Virus record (IMG/VR): IMGVR_UViG_3300022821_000014 | Span: 26,968 to 90,967 of that record | Origin: a virus | Direction: 5' to 3' (one strand) | Length of the DNA: 64,000 bases | Shown here: piece by piece, positions 18,680-28,820 of the stretch | How the letters are laid out: every line of letters starts with the position of its first letter | How positions within the stretch are numbered: the first letter of the stretch is position 1 | Notes under the pieces: model-generated | Databases searched by the model: none | What the model was told of the DNA's origin: nothing | What the model saw: the letters and a program-made list of their open reading frames with translations, nothing else | Made by a program: the position numbers and the translations under genes

Positions 18680-19280
18680 TAACGGAAGTCTTACCAGACG
18701 CCTGCATGCAAGCAACTCGAACGGCTGTCTGAAGAACAACGGACAACATTGGAGATTCGTACAACTCTGAGGAGTACATTTGGTTCATGTGCCCAAGACT
18801 AGAAATTGCGTGCACTTCTTCTTCTGTGAGAAGAACTCTGGAGGAGTTTAACCACCAAAGCGAACGTTGAGTTGGATGCATCTTTGGGAGATTGGTATTC
18901 AACTCGTACATCATGCCCTTGTTGCGGTGCCAGTCACTTTCCTGCTCGACATAGTGGTCTTCTTCCTGATTGCCGATTTTACCTAGGTCGTGAAAAAGGC
19001 ACGTAACAATCAAACTATCTGCTGATAACTTGGACCCGAAAACCCTGTTAAGGTCTTTCGCAAGCTTGAGTACATTCAAGCTGTACTCAACAAGCCCACC
19101 TGGGTAGGCACCGACGAATTCAAGACGTGTAGAGGCTGGCGCAGCTGCCAGCCGTTCTTTTACTTCATCACAGAGTGAAAGAAGTTCAGTTTTCACATCT
19201 TCGTTTTTAATGCGACCAACTAGGCTCATATAAAGTTCCCAATTGGATTCAAGTCTTGCGACCAATTTATCGTGGCTCAT
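18672..19280 (-). CDS. HD-domain protein (YhaM-like)
   Basis: APAS...AYPGGLVE and CLFHDLGKIG. Confidence 0.75.
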   Translation of the reverse strand: MSHDKLVARLESNWELYMSLVGRIKNEDVKTELLSLCDEVKERLAAAPASTRLEFVGAYPGGLVEYSLNVLKLAKDLNRVFGSKLSADSLIVTCLFHDLGKIGNQEEDHYVEQESDWHRNKGMMYELNTNLPKMHPTQRSLWWLNSSRVLLTEEEVHAISSLGHMNQMYSSELYESPMLSVVLQTAVRVACMQASGKTSVID

Positions 19281-19436
19281 TTTGTTTCCTCTCAACAACT
19301 ACAAGGTAGCAATGCCGATTAGACTCATAAACCAAGTTACTAAAGAATTTTTTTCCAAGAAACAGGAACGTTATCGGGGCATTCAGATAAAACTATGTCA
19401 TCAGACATGCCGCTTATCTTAAACATGTTCTATCTC

Positions 19437-20072
19437 TCAGTCTAATGAGGCGGCGAGGTATCCGACGACAAAGCCAACCGCAGCTGCACCAACTACTACA
19501 AGTCCCCACTGGAGTATTTCACCAAAATCTGTATTCCAGAATCCTCCATTGCGTTCTTCTACATAACTTTCGTGTATTTGGATGCGTCGTTCTACTTCAC
19601 GTTCTAGACCAGCAATGATTACATCGGCCTGACGTCGGTCAGAAGTTACCCTTAGTCTCAGCTGACCCACTTCAAGCCTCAAACGGTTCCAGTCAGATTC
19701 ACGTTGACGTTGCAAAGCTGCTTCTGCTCGACTGCGTGCCGCTTCTGCTTCGGCGATTAGGTAAGCTACCGCTGATGGATTTAGGAGTACTCCTGGCCAT
19801 GGCGCCACCTCACCTCTTTGCAGGTACGTCTGGCGTTCGCCTCGTAAGCCATTTGAAAGTTGTGCAGGGGGTAGTTCAACTTCCTCAAGTGGAGCAAGTG
19901 TTAAATCAAGCTCAGGCCAATCAATTGTTGCACGAACAGTATCCTCTGTAGAATCCTCTGTAACCTCCTCAGAAGCCCCAGACTCTTCTTGGGCGTATGC
20001 ACCAGAAGAATTTAGACCAAGGGTTAGGAAAACGCTAAAAGCGACTATGGTAGTTATCTTATGCATGTTCAT
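19437..20072 (-). CDS. Exported/membrane protein, possible spanin partner
   Basis: Signal peptide, coiled coil, C-terminal TM; adjacent to an i-spanin-like gene. Confidence 0.45.
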   Translation of the reverse strand: MNMHKITTIVAFSVFLTLGLNSSGAYAQEESGASEEVTEDSTEDTVRATIDWPELDLTLAPLEEVELPPAQLSNGLRGERQTYLQRGEVAPWPGVLLNPSAVAYLIAEAEAARSRAEAALQRQRESDWNRLRLEVGQLRLRVTSDRRQADVIIAGLEREVERRIQIHESYVEERNGGFWNTDFGEILQWGLVVVGAAAVGFVVGYLAASLD

Positions 20073-20482
20073 TCCGAAGGAATCCCGAAAGTGTTAGTAA
20101 CAGCCCCTGTGAGAGTTGTTGGGTCCCTATCGTGTCTGCGCACAATTTGAGTTTGCGTATTATCACGGGTGTCGTCGATTTGACCAAGAACCTCCTTGAA
20201 CTCAGTCTCAAGCCTATTCTGCTCTACTAAATACTCTTGCAGGAGCCTCGCTTGTTCAATCCGCTCTTCTTCAACAATTAGTCTCAATTCTTTGATTTGC
20301 TGCTGGTGATCCCTAGATTCCTGGTGATACTGCTCCAACAGATTTTTATATGACTTAGTTTGATCAAACTGTGAGAATGCACTAGCCGTAAGAAGGCAGA
20401 CACCAATCACAATAAGAATTGTTAACCAGTTCTTCTTGACCCAGTCCCAGACTGCGCCGAAGAACTTCTTAAGTTTTTCCAT
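20069..20482 (-). CDS. i-spanin-like protein
   Basis: N-terminal TM helix followed by a long coiled coil. Confidence 0.5.
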   Translation of the reverse strand: MEKLKKFFGAVWDWVKKNWLTILIVIGVCLLTASAFSQFDQTKSYKNLLEQYHQESRDHQQQIKELRLIVEEERIEQARLLQEYLVEQNRLETEFKEVLGQIDDTRDNTQTQIVRRHDRDPTTLTGAVTNTFGIPSE

Positions 20483-20491
20483 GAATAAACC

Positions 20492-20827
20492 CTAGTTTAA
20501 CCCGTACTTCTTCTCTTCGGAGTGTACGGTCAACTTGGGTGTGTTGTCTGTCTGTTGTTCAAATTGATCAATGGTGTACATCAATTCTTCTGCGAGTGTC
20601 GAGCAGTTTACAACTTGTTCATTTAACAGCTCGACCCTGTCAATCAAGGTTGAAACCTTCATGCTTAAATTGCTTACGAGTGTAGTCAGGTCTAGATAGT
20701 TTTTGTCGGGTTCCTCCTGAGAGATCTTTGTAAACGCCTTTTGGTGTATTGAGGCGTCCTTTTCGGAACTTCTGGCATCTTCCAAGATTGTCTCTAGGGC
20801 TTCGGTTAGTTTCGTTTTGAACGACAT
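20492..20827 (-). CDS. Hypothetical coiled-coil protein
   Basis: 111-aa ORF with GGAG RBS. Confidence 0.6.
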   Translation of the reverse strand: MSFKTKLTEALETILEDARSSEKDASIHQKAFTKISQEEPDKNYLDLTTLVSNLSMKVSTLIDRVELLNEQVVNCSTLAEELMYTIDQFEQQTDNTPKLTVHSEEKKYGLN

Positions 20828-20829
20828 GG

Positions 20830-21144
20830 CTAAACTCCATTTTTATTATTCTCCTTGAGGCGGTCCTCAATGAGCTTATATAACAACTCGGCATCATGCT
20901 GGTTAGCACGATGTCTTCCCGAGTTCGTTTGCTTATGTGTAAGTGCCTCATCCATAAATTGTGACACTCTATCGTCCCTTAAAGAAACAAGCTCAACAAC
21001 ATAAGTCAAAAATTGTTGAGGCGTAAGACCTCTCTTGAAGAGCACCTTGCGAAGCTCTTTTAAAGAATCAGAATCGAAATCAAGGACGATTTTCGTCTTT
21101 TTGATGGACACTTTAGCCTCCAACGGGGCCAGTGACACCTGCAC
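20830..21144 (-). CDS. Hypothetical protein (start uncertain)
   Basis: 104-aa ORF in operon. Confidence 0.55.
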   Translation of the reverse strand: MQVSLAPLEAKVSIKKTKIVLDFDSDSLKELRKVLFKRGLTPQQFLTYVVELVSLRDDRVSQFMDEALTHKQTNSGRHRANQHDAELLYKLIEDRLKENNKNGV

Positions 21145-21778
21145 GTGGCTCAGGGTTTTGTGGCAAGTTCTGAGAACTTACCTCATCTTCCGTTGGCCTA
21201 AGGTCGTAGCTTGTGTCAAGAATCTCCATCATTTCTTTTGCTGTTCTCTCATCGTAGTTACTCTGAACATACTTTTCAGCACGGTTCAGGATCAGTGTGT
21301 TTAGATCAATCAGTGATGGAAGGTTATTAGTAAGCCTCGCCACGCTTCTTGTAAAGTCTTGTAGGTTGATCTTAGGGGTGTTTATAACTGGTTGTTCGCC
21401 AGCACCTGCGTCTTCACCATCTGCGGCTGGGTCTTCTTCGCCTAGATCACCACCTAGATCACCACCTAGGTCACCACCCAAATCCCCTCCGAGGTCAAGG
21501 CCGCCTTCTGCGTCAGCTTCGTCGTCAACTGGTTCTTCATCTTGTTCAAGCAGGAAATCAACAAGTGAGTCAACATTTGCCGATTCGAACATTTCAGAGG
21601 TAGGAATAGCTTCACGTTCATATTGAACGAAGTACCGATCGATTGCTTGGTCCAACGAAAAAGCCTTGTCAGCCACACTTGCAAAATCCTGCATGGCTTC
21701 TGGGCGTTCTTGTGGTTGATATTCTTTTAGTAAGCTCTCAAGCAACACTTCAAGATTGTTTTTGTTTTTCTTGCGCAT
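21113..21778 (-). CDS. Acidic protein with leader-like N-terminus, possible head/core protein
   Basis: LEVLLESLLKE; LLEQ followed by a D/E/G-rich linker. Confidence 0.7.
   Translation of the reverse strand: MRKKNKNNLEVLLESLLKEYQPQERPEAMQDFASVADKAFSLDQAIDRYFVQYEREAIPTSEMFESANVDSLVDFLLEQDEEPVDDEADAEGGLDLGGDLGGDLGGDLGGDLGEEDPAADGEDAGAGEQPVINTPKINLQDFTRSVARLTNNLPSLIDLNTLILNRAEKYVQSNYDERTAKEMMEILDTSYDLRPTEDEVSSQNLPQNPEPRAGVTGPVGG
21441..21496 (-). repeat. Degenerate 12-bp tandem repeat encoding (GGDL)n
   Basis: CCTAGATCACCA-like units; protein DLGGDLGGDLGGDLG. Confidence 0.8.
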
Positions 21779-22701
21779 CAGTAACGCTCCTCTTCTGGAC
21801 GTACTGGTGAGGGTGTTTCAGGTCCTGGAGGCGTCGTTGGTGGAACGTCGACCTCCCCTGAAGTGGTCACTTGATCGATAGGCGGACTCATAGCATTGTC
21901 GAGCATTTCCTGTGGAACTGCATTATACACAGGCTTAATCATGAAAAGTGCATCCAGATCACATCTTTCAGCAAGCGCCATACGAGCTTCAACCACGTTC
22001 CAGTTGATTTCACGCATCATTGCAACTATGTAATCATTTTTGTCATTTTCGTAATCGCAAATGTAAGCATGCTCCCACATGTCCATCACGAGAACAGGTA
22101 CAGCACCTAGCGGAATGCCAATGTTGTGTGAGTCAATCACGACATTCATGTAGGTGTTTTTGTAAGGCTCGTAAACCAATACAGCCCAACCACTTTTTGC
22201 TGACCTACAAGCTGCCATAAAGTTGAACTGCCAATTCTCAAAGGTGCCAAAGTCTCTTGCAAGCCTCATATATGGCAATGCGTCCACACTGATTTCTGAT
22301 GCTCTATCAGCGACGTTGTGAAAGTAAAGTTCATGAAGCTTGATTGAATTCAAGTTATAGTTTTCGTCAACCTTCAGGGAACGATACTCAGAAGAGTTGG
22401 AATTCGCCTCATGTTTGCCAGCCCCGTCAAGCGCCGAGCTTGATTTGTTGAAAGTGTCAACGTAAGAGTTATAAAGCTGTTGGTGTACTCGTTTAGTAAC
22501 TTCCGACAATGATTCTGTGTTTAAAGTAAAGGCCTGTGGTATTGCCACTAGTGCTTCTTTGATTACTCTTTTGGCGGTCTTCACAGACTCCACTAAATTT
22601 GTGGTTGGCCTGGCCACTTCTTTTTTCGTGTATTCAGGTAGCTTTCCTGACCTCTGAAGAGAGTCACGGATAGCACCGTTGATGATTTGCTTCAAATCCA
22701 T
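21778..22701 (-). CDS. Fe/Mn superoxide dismutase with N-terminal leader and Pro-rich tail
   Basis: Metal ligands in KRVHQQ, KLHELYF and DMWEHAY; SGWAVL; INWNVV. Confidence 0.85.
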   Translation of the reverse strand: MDLKQIINGAIRDSLQRSGKLPEYTKKEVARPTTNLVESVKTAKRVIKEALVAIPQAFTLNTESLSEVTKRVHQQLYNSYVDTFNKSSSALDGAGKHEANSNSSEYRSLKVDENYNLNSIKLHELYFHNVADRASEISVDALPYMRLARDFGTFENWQFNFMAACRSAKSGWAVLVYEPYKNTYMNVVIDSHNIGIPLGAVPVLVMDMWEHAYICDYENDKNDYIVAMMREINWNVVEARMALAERCDLDALFMIKPVYNAVPQEMLDNAMSPPIDQVTTSGEVDVPPTTPPGPETPSPVRPEEERY

Positions 22702-22802
22702 GGGAATTCTTTCGTTGCGCAACACGGTTAAGTATGTGCAGCAATCCAAAAGAAAACCCTAGGAAGGCGCCTAAGCGTGGTGCCTAAGTTTTATTACAAT
22801 AC

Positions 22803-23951
22803 TCAGCTCTTCTTATTTTTCCTTGGTTTACTTTTGGTCTCCCAGGGCTCAAACTGTTTGAAGACATCCGATCGAATCACATCCAAACCATACAAGGTCA
22901 TATTACATAAAGCAGATTGGTGTGTCACCATAATGGCATCCAGGTGTCTCAAATGGTCTGGTTCTCCCTTGAGTTTGGCGATGGGTATGTTGTAATTGGC
23001 GCCACAACCTCGACGTAATCGGTAATGGTTTATTTTCTTCCTGGTTTGGTTTTCGCAGCTTCTTCGCACACTGTTGACAATGTCCGTGGGTAAGTCGACT
23101 TGAAATTTTGGTTCCCTGGTAATATAGCTGTGACTCTTTTTACACTGAAAAGCGTAGCTGGCGTGTGGACTATGAATATAGTCATTGACTTGTTTCATAA
23201 GAGTTTCTGACGTCTGTTTATTACCGTTCCAGGTTACTATATGGAATTCAAACCAGAGCGACGCCAACTTCTTTTTTAAGAACCGAACCTTGAAGTCTTG
23301 AACTGGCGTTTTTTTGGTTAGCTGCTGATGATTCCAGGAAAGGTGAGACTTTACTCCTATCGGTAAATCGACCACAATGGTCTCTGTGTTCACATAACCT
23401 AAAAATAGTGCGGAATTTCCGACGGCCGTTTTGTAAACATTGCCAACAACCAAGTCTTTGACTTTGATCGAAGCCTGGGCCTTCTTTCCTGCACGCCTGA
23501 GTATGCTTTTATAGATGCCCGAGCCTACTTGAATCGGTATGAGCTTACGATTGGCCTGCACAAAAATAAATTCACCCTTCAATGTCCTTTTATCCTTTTC
23601 GAAACCTTTGCTTCGGATAGCATTGAATAGGATGTCAGGCGTGAGTTCAACAACATGTCCAGTAGGTAAACAAGCCTGCATGTATTCGGCACTCCAACCA
23701 ACTACAGCAAGCTTTGTAGGCTTGTTCAAGTGAATATATTTTAGCTTTTCCTTAGCACGTTGCTCTACTTCCTTTTTTGAGGACGTTCCCCAGTAAACCC
23801 AGTTAAACAACTTCTCAGAAAACCTTCTTGCATCTCCCTGATGTGGGTCTGTAGTTGGTAATCTGTCCCAGTCAGCTCTTGTTGGGGTCTTCTTGCCTTT
23901 GAATGAACCATTGAATATTATATGTTTTGGGATTGTTGCTGAGTACGCCAT
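22803..23951 (-). CDS. Hypothetical basic protein
   Basis: ~380-aa ORF behind a sigma70-like promoter. Confidence 0.7.
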   Translation of the reverse strand: MAYSATIPKHIIFNGSFKGKKTPTRADWDRLPTTDPHQGDARRFSEKLFNWVYWGTSSKKEVEQRAKEKLKYIHLNKPTKLAVVGWSAEYMQACLPTGHVVELTPDILFNAIRSKGFEKDKRTLKGEFIFVQANRKLIPIQVGSGIYKSILRRAGKKAQASIKVKDLVVGNVYKTAVGNSALFLGYVNTETIVVDLPIGVKSHLSWNHQQLTKKTPVQDFKVRFLKKKLASLWFEFHIVTWNGNKQTSETLMKQVNDYIHSPHASYAFQCKKSHSYITREPKFQVDLPTDIVNSVRRSCENQTRKKINHYRLRRGCGANYNIPIAKLKGEPDHLRHLDAIMVTHQSALCNMTLYGLDVIRSDVFKQFEPWETKSKPRKNKKS

Positions 23952-23971
23952 TGTATTTCCTAACAATAAAC

Positions 23972-24000
23972 ATTGTAACAGCCGAACAAATTGAAGTAAA
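23972..24000 (-). promoter_or_regulatory. Sigma70-like promoter
   Basis: TTTACT-N17-TACAAT. Confidence 0.55.
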
Positions 24001-24012
24001 CACTATTGTAGC

Positions 24013-25530
24013 TTAGCCTACCTTTGTTTTAATCTTGAAGCTAATTTTGCCTTTGATGCCCGTAGTAAAGAAGTTCTTCCCTGAGTTAGCATAGATTTTA
24101 CCCTGGAAGTTTGGTGGGTATACCACATTAAAGTCTTTAAAGAAGGCATCGACCTTGTTCACACGACCCATTTTACTATTAACTTGGATGACAGAGCTAT
24201 GATTTAAAATTGCTCTAACAGCTGCATCAAATGAGTCTTCTCTGTTAATCTGAGCTGTTAGTCTCTTTGCAATTCCTGCGAGCAGATGAAAGAATGGGTG
24301 GTAGGTAGGTGGTGGGTCGATGATCTCCCAAGGAGTTTTGCCCCACATTTGCTTAGAAAGCTCAATGAGATTTGGTGTAGACAAGCTTGGGTGGTTTGCC
24401 TTCATTCCCTGAACAGCTTTGTCCCTACGCATCCTTCTCATGTTGACGACAACCTTCATATCCTGGTCGTCTACAATACCCATAATTTTAGCTGATTCCA
24501 AGACACCGAGGATTGCGTTGTTGTTGTTAATTGTTTGAATGATGCTGATTGGAAATCCATATTCGCTCAGGATATGCTGATAACCCTTAGGGTTCTTAGA
24601 TTGAATTTCGTTCAAAATAGAAAGAAGTGAAGTCACAGATGCTGCTGCACCTGTGCCAGCCTTAGAGCTAATTCCAACCTTCATTCCATTTGGCGCTTCC
24701 AACTCTGAATCTACAAGAGCATTGGTGGCTGACTGGAAGAAGCGAATTCTGCACTGAGCATATGAACTTTGTGGTAACAGTATCTTCTCGGAAGAAGCTC
24801 TGTCTCCTGTGGACACCCAATTGGACACGACGGATATTGGTGCAAGTATCTCGCCAAGATACTTGTTGTATGCCTTCGCATATTTGTTACCACCAGGCAA
24901 AACTGGGGACTGCCCGCCTTTTAAGGCGGCGTCTAATAGCATCTCAACGTGCTCTCCAGCTTCAGCAGGCAAGCCTCCAGATTTTACCATTAGTGCAGTG
25001 TTGGTCTTCGCAGTTGATACTACTTCTGCCACAGTACGGAGATTTTCATCCTGTATGAGGTCACTAGGCTTTAGCGCAAAACCTTCAAGGGCTGCGGCCC
25101 CCTTCTTGAGTTTCAGGCCCGTGTCTCTAGCAAACTTGGCCATCGTCCATTTGCCATATCCACCATTTTTTGTATTTTGGACATACCTGATATAACCACG
25201 GTAGGTGTTATCCTCTTTATTTAAGAGATAAATTAAGATGGCACCTTTTTTGTCAGCAGTGATTGAGTTAACTTCTATTAACTCAACATCTATTTCTTCA
25301 GTGTTCAGCTCCAGAAATGAATCGACAGCATCTGAAAGCTCTTCTGAGGAATCGAATGAATCAGATTCACCTGGGAACTTTCGGATGTTGGCAATTTCAT
25401 ATTCTGTTCCATCATTATCAACTAGCAATTGCCCAGTTTCTCTCGCAGCTACCCCACGGGCTTCGCTCAGGTATAGGCTGATTTCACTATCAATCGCTGA
25501 CTCAATTAAACGGAGAAGTTGTTTGGACAT
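24013..25530 (-). CDS. Leader-bearing protein, possible PD-(D/E)XK (restriction-endonuclease-like) fold
   Basis: Leader LLRLIESAIDSEISLYLSE; GEIL...NALVDS...VGISSKAG. Confidence 0.55.
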   Translation of the reverse strand: MSKQLLRLIESAIDSEISLYLSEARGVAARETGQLLVDNDGTEYEIANIRKFPGESDSFDSSEELSDAVDSFLELNTEEIDVELIEVNSITADKKGAILIYLLNKEDNTYRGYIRYVQNTKNGGYGKWTMAKFARDTGLKLKKGAAALEGFALKPSDLIQDENLRTVAEVVSTAKTNTALMVKSGGLPAEAGEHVEMLLDAALKGGQSPVLPGGNKYAKAYNKYLGEILAPISVVSNWVSTGDRASSEKILLPQSSYAQCRIRFFQSATNALVDSELEAPNGMKVGISSKAGTGAAASVTSLLSILNEIQSKNPKGYQHILSEYGFPISIIQTINNNNAILGVLESAKIMGIVDDQDMKVVVNMRRMRRDKAVQGMKANHPSLSTPNLIELSKQMWGKTPWEIIDPPPTYHPFFHLLAGIAKRLTAQINREDSFDAAVRAILNHSSVIQVNSKMGRVNKVDAFFKDFNVVYPPNFQGKIYANSGKNFFTTGIKGKISFKIKTKVG

Positions 25531-25542
25531 ACTATGGTGTAA

Positions 25543-27873
25543 TTAGTCATCTTTACGTTCGATCACATCCAACTTGGTAAAATGTGTTGAAAGGCCGAAA
25601 TCTGACTTTTTAAATCTAGCTAACACAAGTGTATTGCTAGGAATCACTGCATCACGCTTAGGGTTGAATCCCCAGATAAAACACCCCTGCTCTGAGCCAG
25701 ACTCTCCATAGACTTTCATTCTCAGATATGGTTTTCCATTCCTTGTTTTGGCTACTACACTTCGTTTTACAACTGCCCAATAATAACTGTTTTCACTGCG
25801 CCATTCATCAACAGACCCAATACCATTTTCTTCGAAGTAGGCCTTGATCTCCTTTGTGATGATAAGGTTGATGTTCACTGAACCTGCAAGCGTCTGACTG
25901 TGCTCGATCTTCTCATCAATCGTCCAGTCCTTAAGCCCCTGAGCCTCCTTAATAAGGTCTTCCAGGATTTCTGGTGGACGTGGTTCTTTTTTCCGTGAAC
26001 AGGCTCTTTTTAGATTATCAGCTTGGTCGACAAGCACATAATGCATTTGGCGATAGTTCTTGAACATCTTGTCTTCACCGACAAGGTCCATAGACTCAAA
26101 AGCTTCAAGCTTTATAAGAGTTGAAAGGGCTCTCTTGTTGAATTTGCTGTGCCTCCATGTCTGATCCTGATTCCATAGAAGCTCCTCAACCGTTTTGTAG
26201 GGTCGGAATTCTTGAATTTCCCTTAGTGTGGGCATGCCAACATGCTTCAGTGCCTGGAAACTTGGAATTAGCACTCCGTTTTTGACCTGATAATCTGCCT
26301 CAGACTCGTTGATGTCAGGCTTCCCAACCTTGTAACCAAGACCCTTAGCTTCACCAAGGGCGATTGAGATAGGCGCTTCTTTGCCTGTAACGTGTCCCTT
26401 ATCAGTTGCACAGTAATCGATATAACTGGCCATCCACTCATCTGGATGATAGGTGAGAAGCCAAGCACACTGATATGAAGTGATGGCATAGGCGGTAGCG
26501 TGGCTCTTATTGAACGAGTATGCTACGAACTCTTCCATCTCGTCAAAAATCTTGTAGCTGGTAATCAGCTGCGTGCCGTGTACTTCTTTGCATTTGATGG
26601 CGAAATCTTCACGCATCTGCTTTCTCTGTGCGTCAGCTGCACCCTTGTTAGATTTGTCCTTCTTTGTGAAGGATTTACGAACCATGTCGGTCTCTTCGAG
26701 AGGAACCCCAGCCATCTGATGGTAGATGAGCTGTAGTTGCTCCTGGAAAACAATTAGTCCACAGGTGACATCCAGCACCTCTTCGAGTAACTCATGTTTG
26801 TAGATGATGCTCTCAGGGTTTTTGCGGTTGTTCAAATACAACTTGTCAGCTCCGATGGCTAGAGGTCCAGGGCGGAAAATCGAAGTTGCTGTTGCGATAT
26901 CAAGGATGGTCCTTGGCTTCATCTTCTTAATGAATTTCTGTACGGGAGGCTGGACGAACTGAAAAACTCCAGCCCAGTTGCCGTTCCAATACACATGTTT
27001 GTAGACTTTGATGTCATCCATCTGATTGTTGTCTGGATGAAGGTTCGTATAGAACCAGTCCTGCACATTTCGGAATGTTGGGTATTTGGTACCCTGTTTC
27101 TTTAGAATACGTCGAATTGTGTTCTCAAATATCCTAAGCGTACCAAGCCCAAGAATATCAAACTTTAGAAGCCCGAAACCTTCAAGGTGACGAAAATTCA
27201 ATCCCTCTTGCCAAGGCGTTTGAAGAACCCCACCGCTCTTGATGAGCGGCATGTGCTTATTGGGAGTCTCCGTAATGATGACGCCGCCAGCATGTCGTGA
27301 GACGTTTCTCATTTGCTTGAACAACACCTTGATGTTGTTTTCAAGGTCAGGGAACTCAACCATAAGCTCCTGAAAAGTCTTGGACTTCTCAGCTGCCTCG
27401 TCAAATGTCAATGTCCACAGCTGTCGGTCGAAGCCTGGCTTCTTCTTCGCCTCACCCAATGCCTCACTTTCAATTTTACGTGTGTATTTATTGACCTCTT
27501 CGAATGGCACTCCATTCAAGCGACACAAGTCCTTAACCAATGAGCGCATTTGAAGTTGGTTGAAGTTAGAAATCGGGATGACGTTCTCTTCACCAAAGTG
27601 TTCAGCAATAAGCTGAACTGCTTTCTCACGGTCTGAGAAATCAGAGTCAATATCGGGAAAGCCTTTCTTGAAGCGTGTGAGGAAACGCTCAAAAAGTAGG
27701 CCATACCTGATCGGGTCTAGCTGAGTAATGTTCAGAACATAAGCAAGCAAAGACCCGCCAGCAGAATTGTGTACTCCTAATCCTTCAATGTTATATGAAT
27801 GAGATTCACTGACGGTGAGATCATGAACCTTGCCTGTGTAATGGAATAGAGTCTTTTTTGTTAGCTTTGCCAA
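25543..27873 (-). CDS. dnaE: DNA polymerase III alpha C-terminal part with a 36-aa C-intein (27766-27873)
   Basis: VHDLTVSESHSY...VHN|SAGGSLLAY; PDIDSDF, SRHAGG, KFDILGL, GVFQF, FQEQ, YSFNKSHA. Confidence 0.95.
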   Translation of the reverse strand: MAKLTKKTLFHYTGKVHDLTVSESHSYNIEGLGVHNSAGGSLLAYVLNITQLDPIRYGLLFERFLTRFKKGFPDIDSDFSDREKAVQLIAEHFGEENVIPISNFNQLQMRSLVKDLCRLNGVPFEEVNKYTRKIESEALGEAKKKPGFDRQLWTLTFDEAAEKSKTFQELMVEFPDLENNIKVLFKQMRNVSRHAGGVIITETPNKHMPLIKSGGVLQTPWQEGLNFRHLEGFGLLKFDILGLGTLRIFENTIRRILKKQGTKYPTFRNVQDWFYTNLHPDNNQMDDIKVYKHVYWNGNWAGVFQFVQPPVQKFIKKMKPRTILDIATATSIFRPGPLAIGADKLYLNNRKNPESIIYKHELLEEVLDVTCGLIVFQEQLQLIYHQMAGVPLEETDMVRKSFTKKDKSNKGAADAQRKQMREDFAIKCKEVHGTQLITSYKIFDEMEEFVAYSFNKSHATAYAITSYQCAWLLTYHPDEWMASYIDYCATDKGHVTGKEAPISIALGEAKGLGYKVGKPDINESEADYQVKNGVLIPSFQALKHVGMPTLREIQEFRPYKTVEELLWNQDQTWRHSKFNKRALSTLIKLEAFESMDLVGEDKMFKNYRQMHYVLVDQADNLKRACSRKKEPRPPEILEDLIKEAQGLKDWTIDEKIEHSQTLAGSVNINLIITKEIKAYFEENGIGSVDEWRSENSYYWAVVKRSVVAKTRNGKPYLRMKVYGESGSEQGCFIWGFNPKRDAVIPSNTLVLARFKKSDFGLSTHFTKLDVIERKDD

Positions 27874-28777
27874 TGTTATTTTCCTTGTGCCACTTTCGAG
27901 CTTCTTTAATCAGTTGTTTCGGAATGTCAGAGTCAAATACTAGTCTAGCATAAAACTCGTTGTCTTTGCACCACGCCTTCAGTGCATGGTCTTTTGCGTT
28001 GCAGCGCCATTGCAATTTTTTGTAATAGAGGCCACCACGACCTTTCACTTCAACAATTCGATTTTGATTTACAATGAAATCTGGGTAGTATCGATGTTCT
28101 TTTCCTTCAAATACATACGGAATCCCCTCTAGATCAAATCGCTTAAGCGAATAACCTTTTTCTAGTGACCAGATAATGAACGCCAATTCATAAGAACTTT
28201 GGTATGTAAGACCTTCATACATACCAGATATCGCAATAGAATTTTTGATTACATTTTCACGGTATTCTGCGCTCTTCCAAAGCCTTTTCTCAATTTGTCT
28301 ATACTTCTCTTTCATGCCAGGTTGTGCATGTCTTCTTTTCTGTGAAGCTGTTTGCCTTGCAAGAGTTTCAGGCCGATTTTGCGCTATAAGTTGGGCTTTG
28401 CTATTGTTGGCTCGCCATTCGGTATCGTAGGCAAACTGTTCTTTGTAACAACTATCACAAACTGGTTTTTGGTGTTTCCTTCTCATAAACCCAAATACGA
28501 TACAAACATAGTCCTTACCACACGGACATTGGATGTAGAGGTTGTTTTTATTGTATTTGCTGTGAAGTTTTTGATTTGCCTGAAACTCCATCCAAGAGTA
28601 CCCAAACTTAGTTTCGATGCCCGAGCGCCAGGCTCGTCGCTTCAATGAATGCCAGGTCATCTTCCACTCTGTTAACATAGGTGCTAGCATGTCCTCTGTC
28701 AGACATGGAGATTCTATGTTCTCGATTGTCTGTAGTTGTTCTGCGGTCAACTTTGGACAAATTACACGGCCACCCAT
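27821..28777 (-). CDS. Free-standing endonuclease between the dnaE halves (TnsA-N-like PD-(D/E)XK)
   Basis: YQSSYELAF...IPY...RYYPDF...VEVKG; Zn-finger-like CPC/CDSC. Confidence 0.75.
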   Translation of the reverse strand: MGGRVICPKLTAEQLQTIENIESPCLTEDMLAPMLTEWKMTWHSLKRRAWRSGIETKFGYSWMEFQANQKLHSKYNKNNLYIQCPCGKDYVCIVFGFMRRKHQKPVCDSCYKEQFAYDTEWRANNSKAQLIAQNRPETLARQTASQKRRHAQPGMKEKYRQIEKRLWKSAEYRENVIKNSIAISGMYEGLTYQSSYELAFIIWSLEKGYSLKRFDLEGIPYVFEGKEHRYYPDFIVNQNRIVEVKGRGGLYYKKLQWRCNAKDHALKAWCKDNEFYARLVFDSDIPKQLIKEARKWHKENNIGKANKKDSIPLHRQGS

Positions 28778-28820
28778 GTTCGTGAATAGTTGTGTTCAAT
28801 GGTAAAGGCCGAGGGACTGG

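Noticed and set aside
21441-21496. Tandem repeat as a contingency or variable locus
   Set aside because: In-frame degenerate repeat encoding a low-complexity GGDL linker
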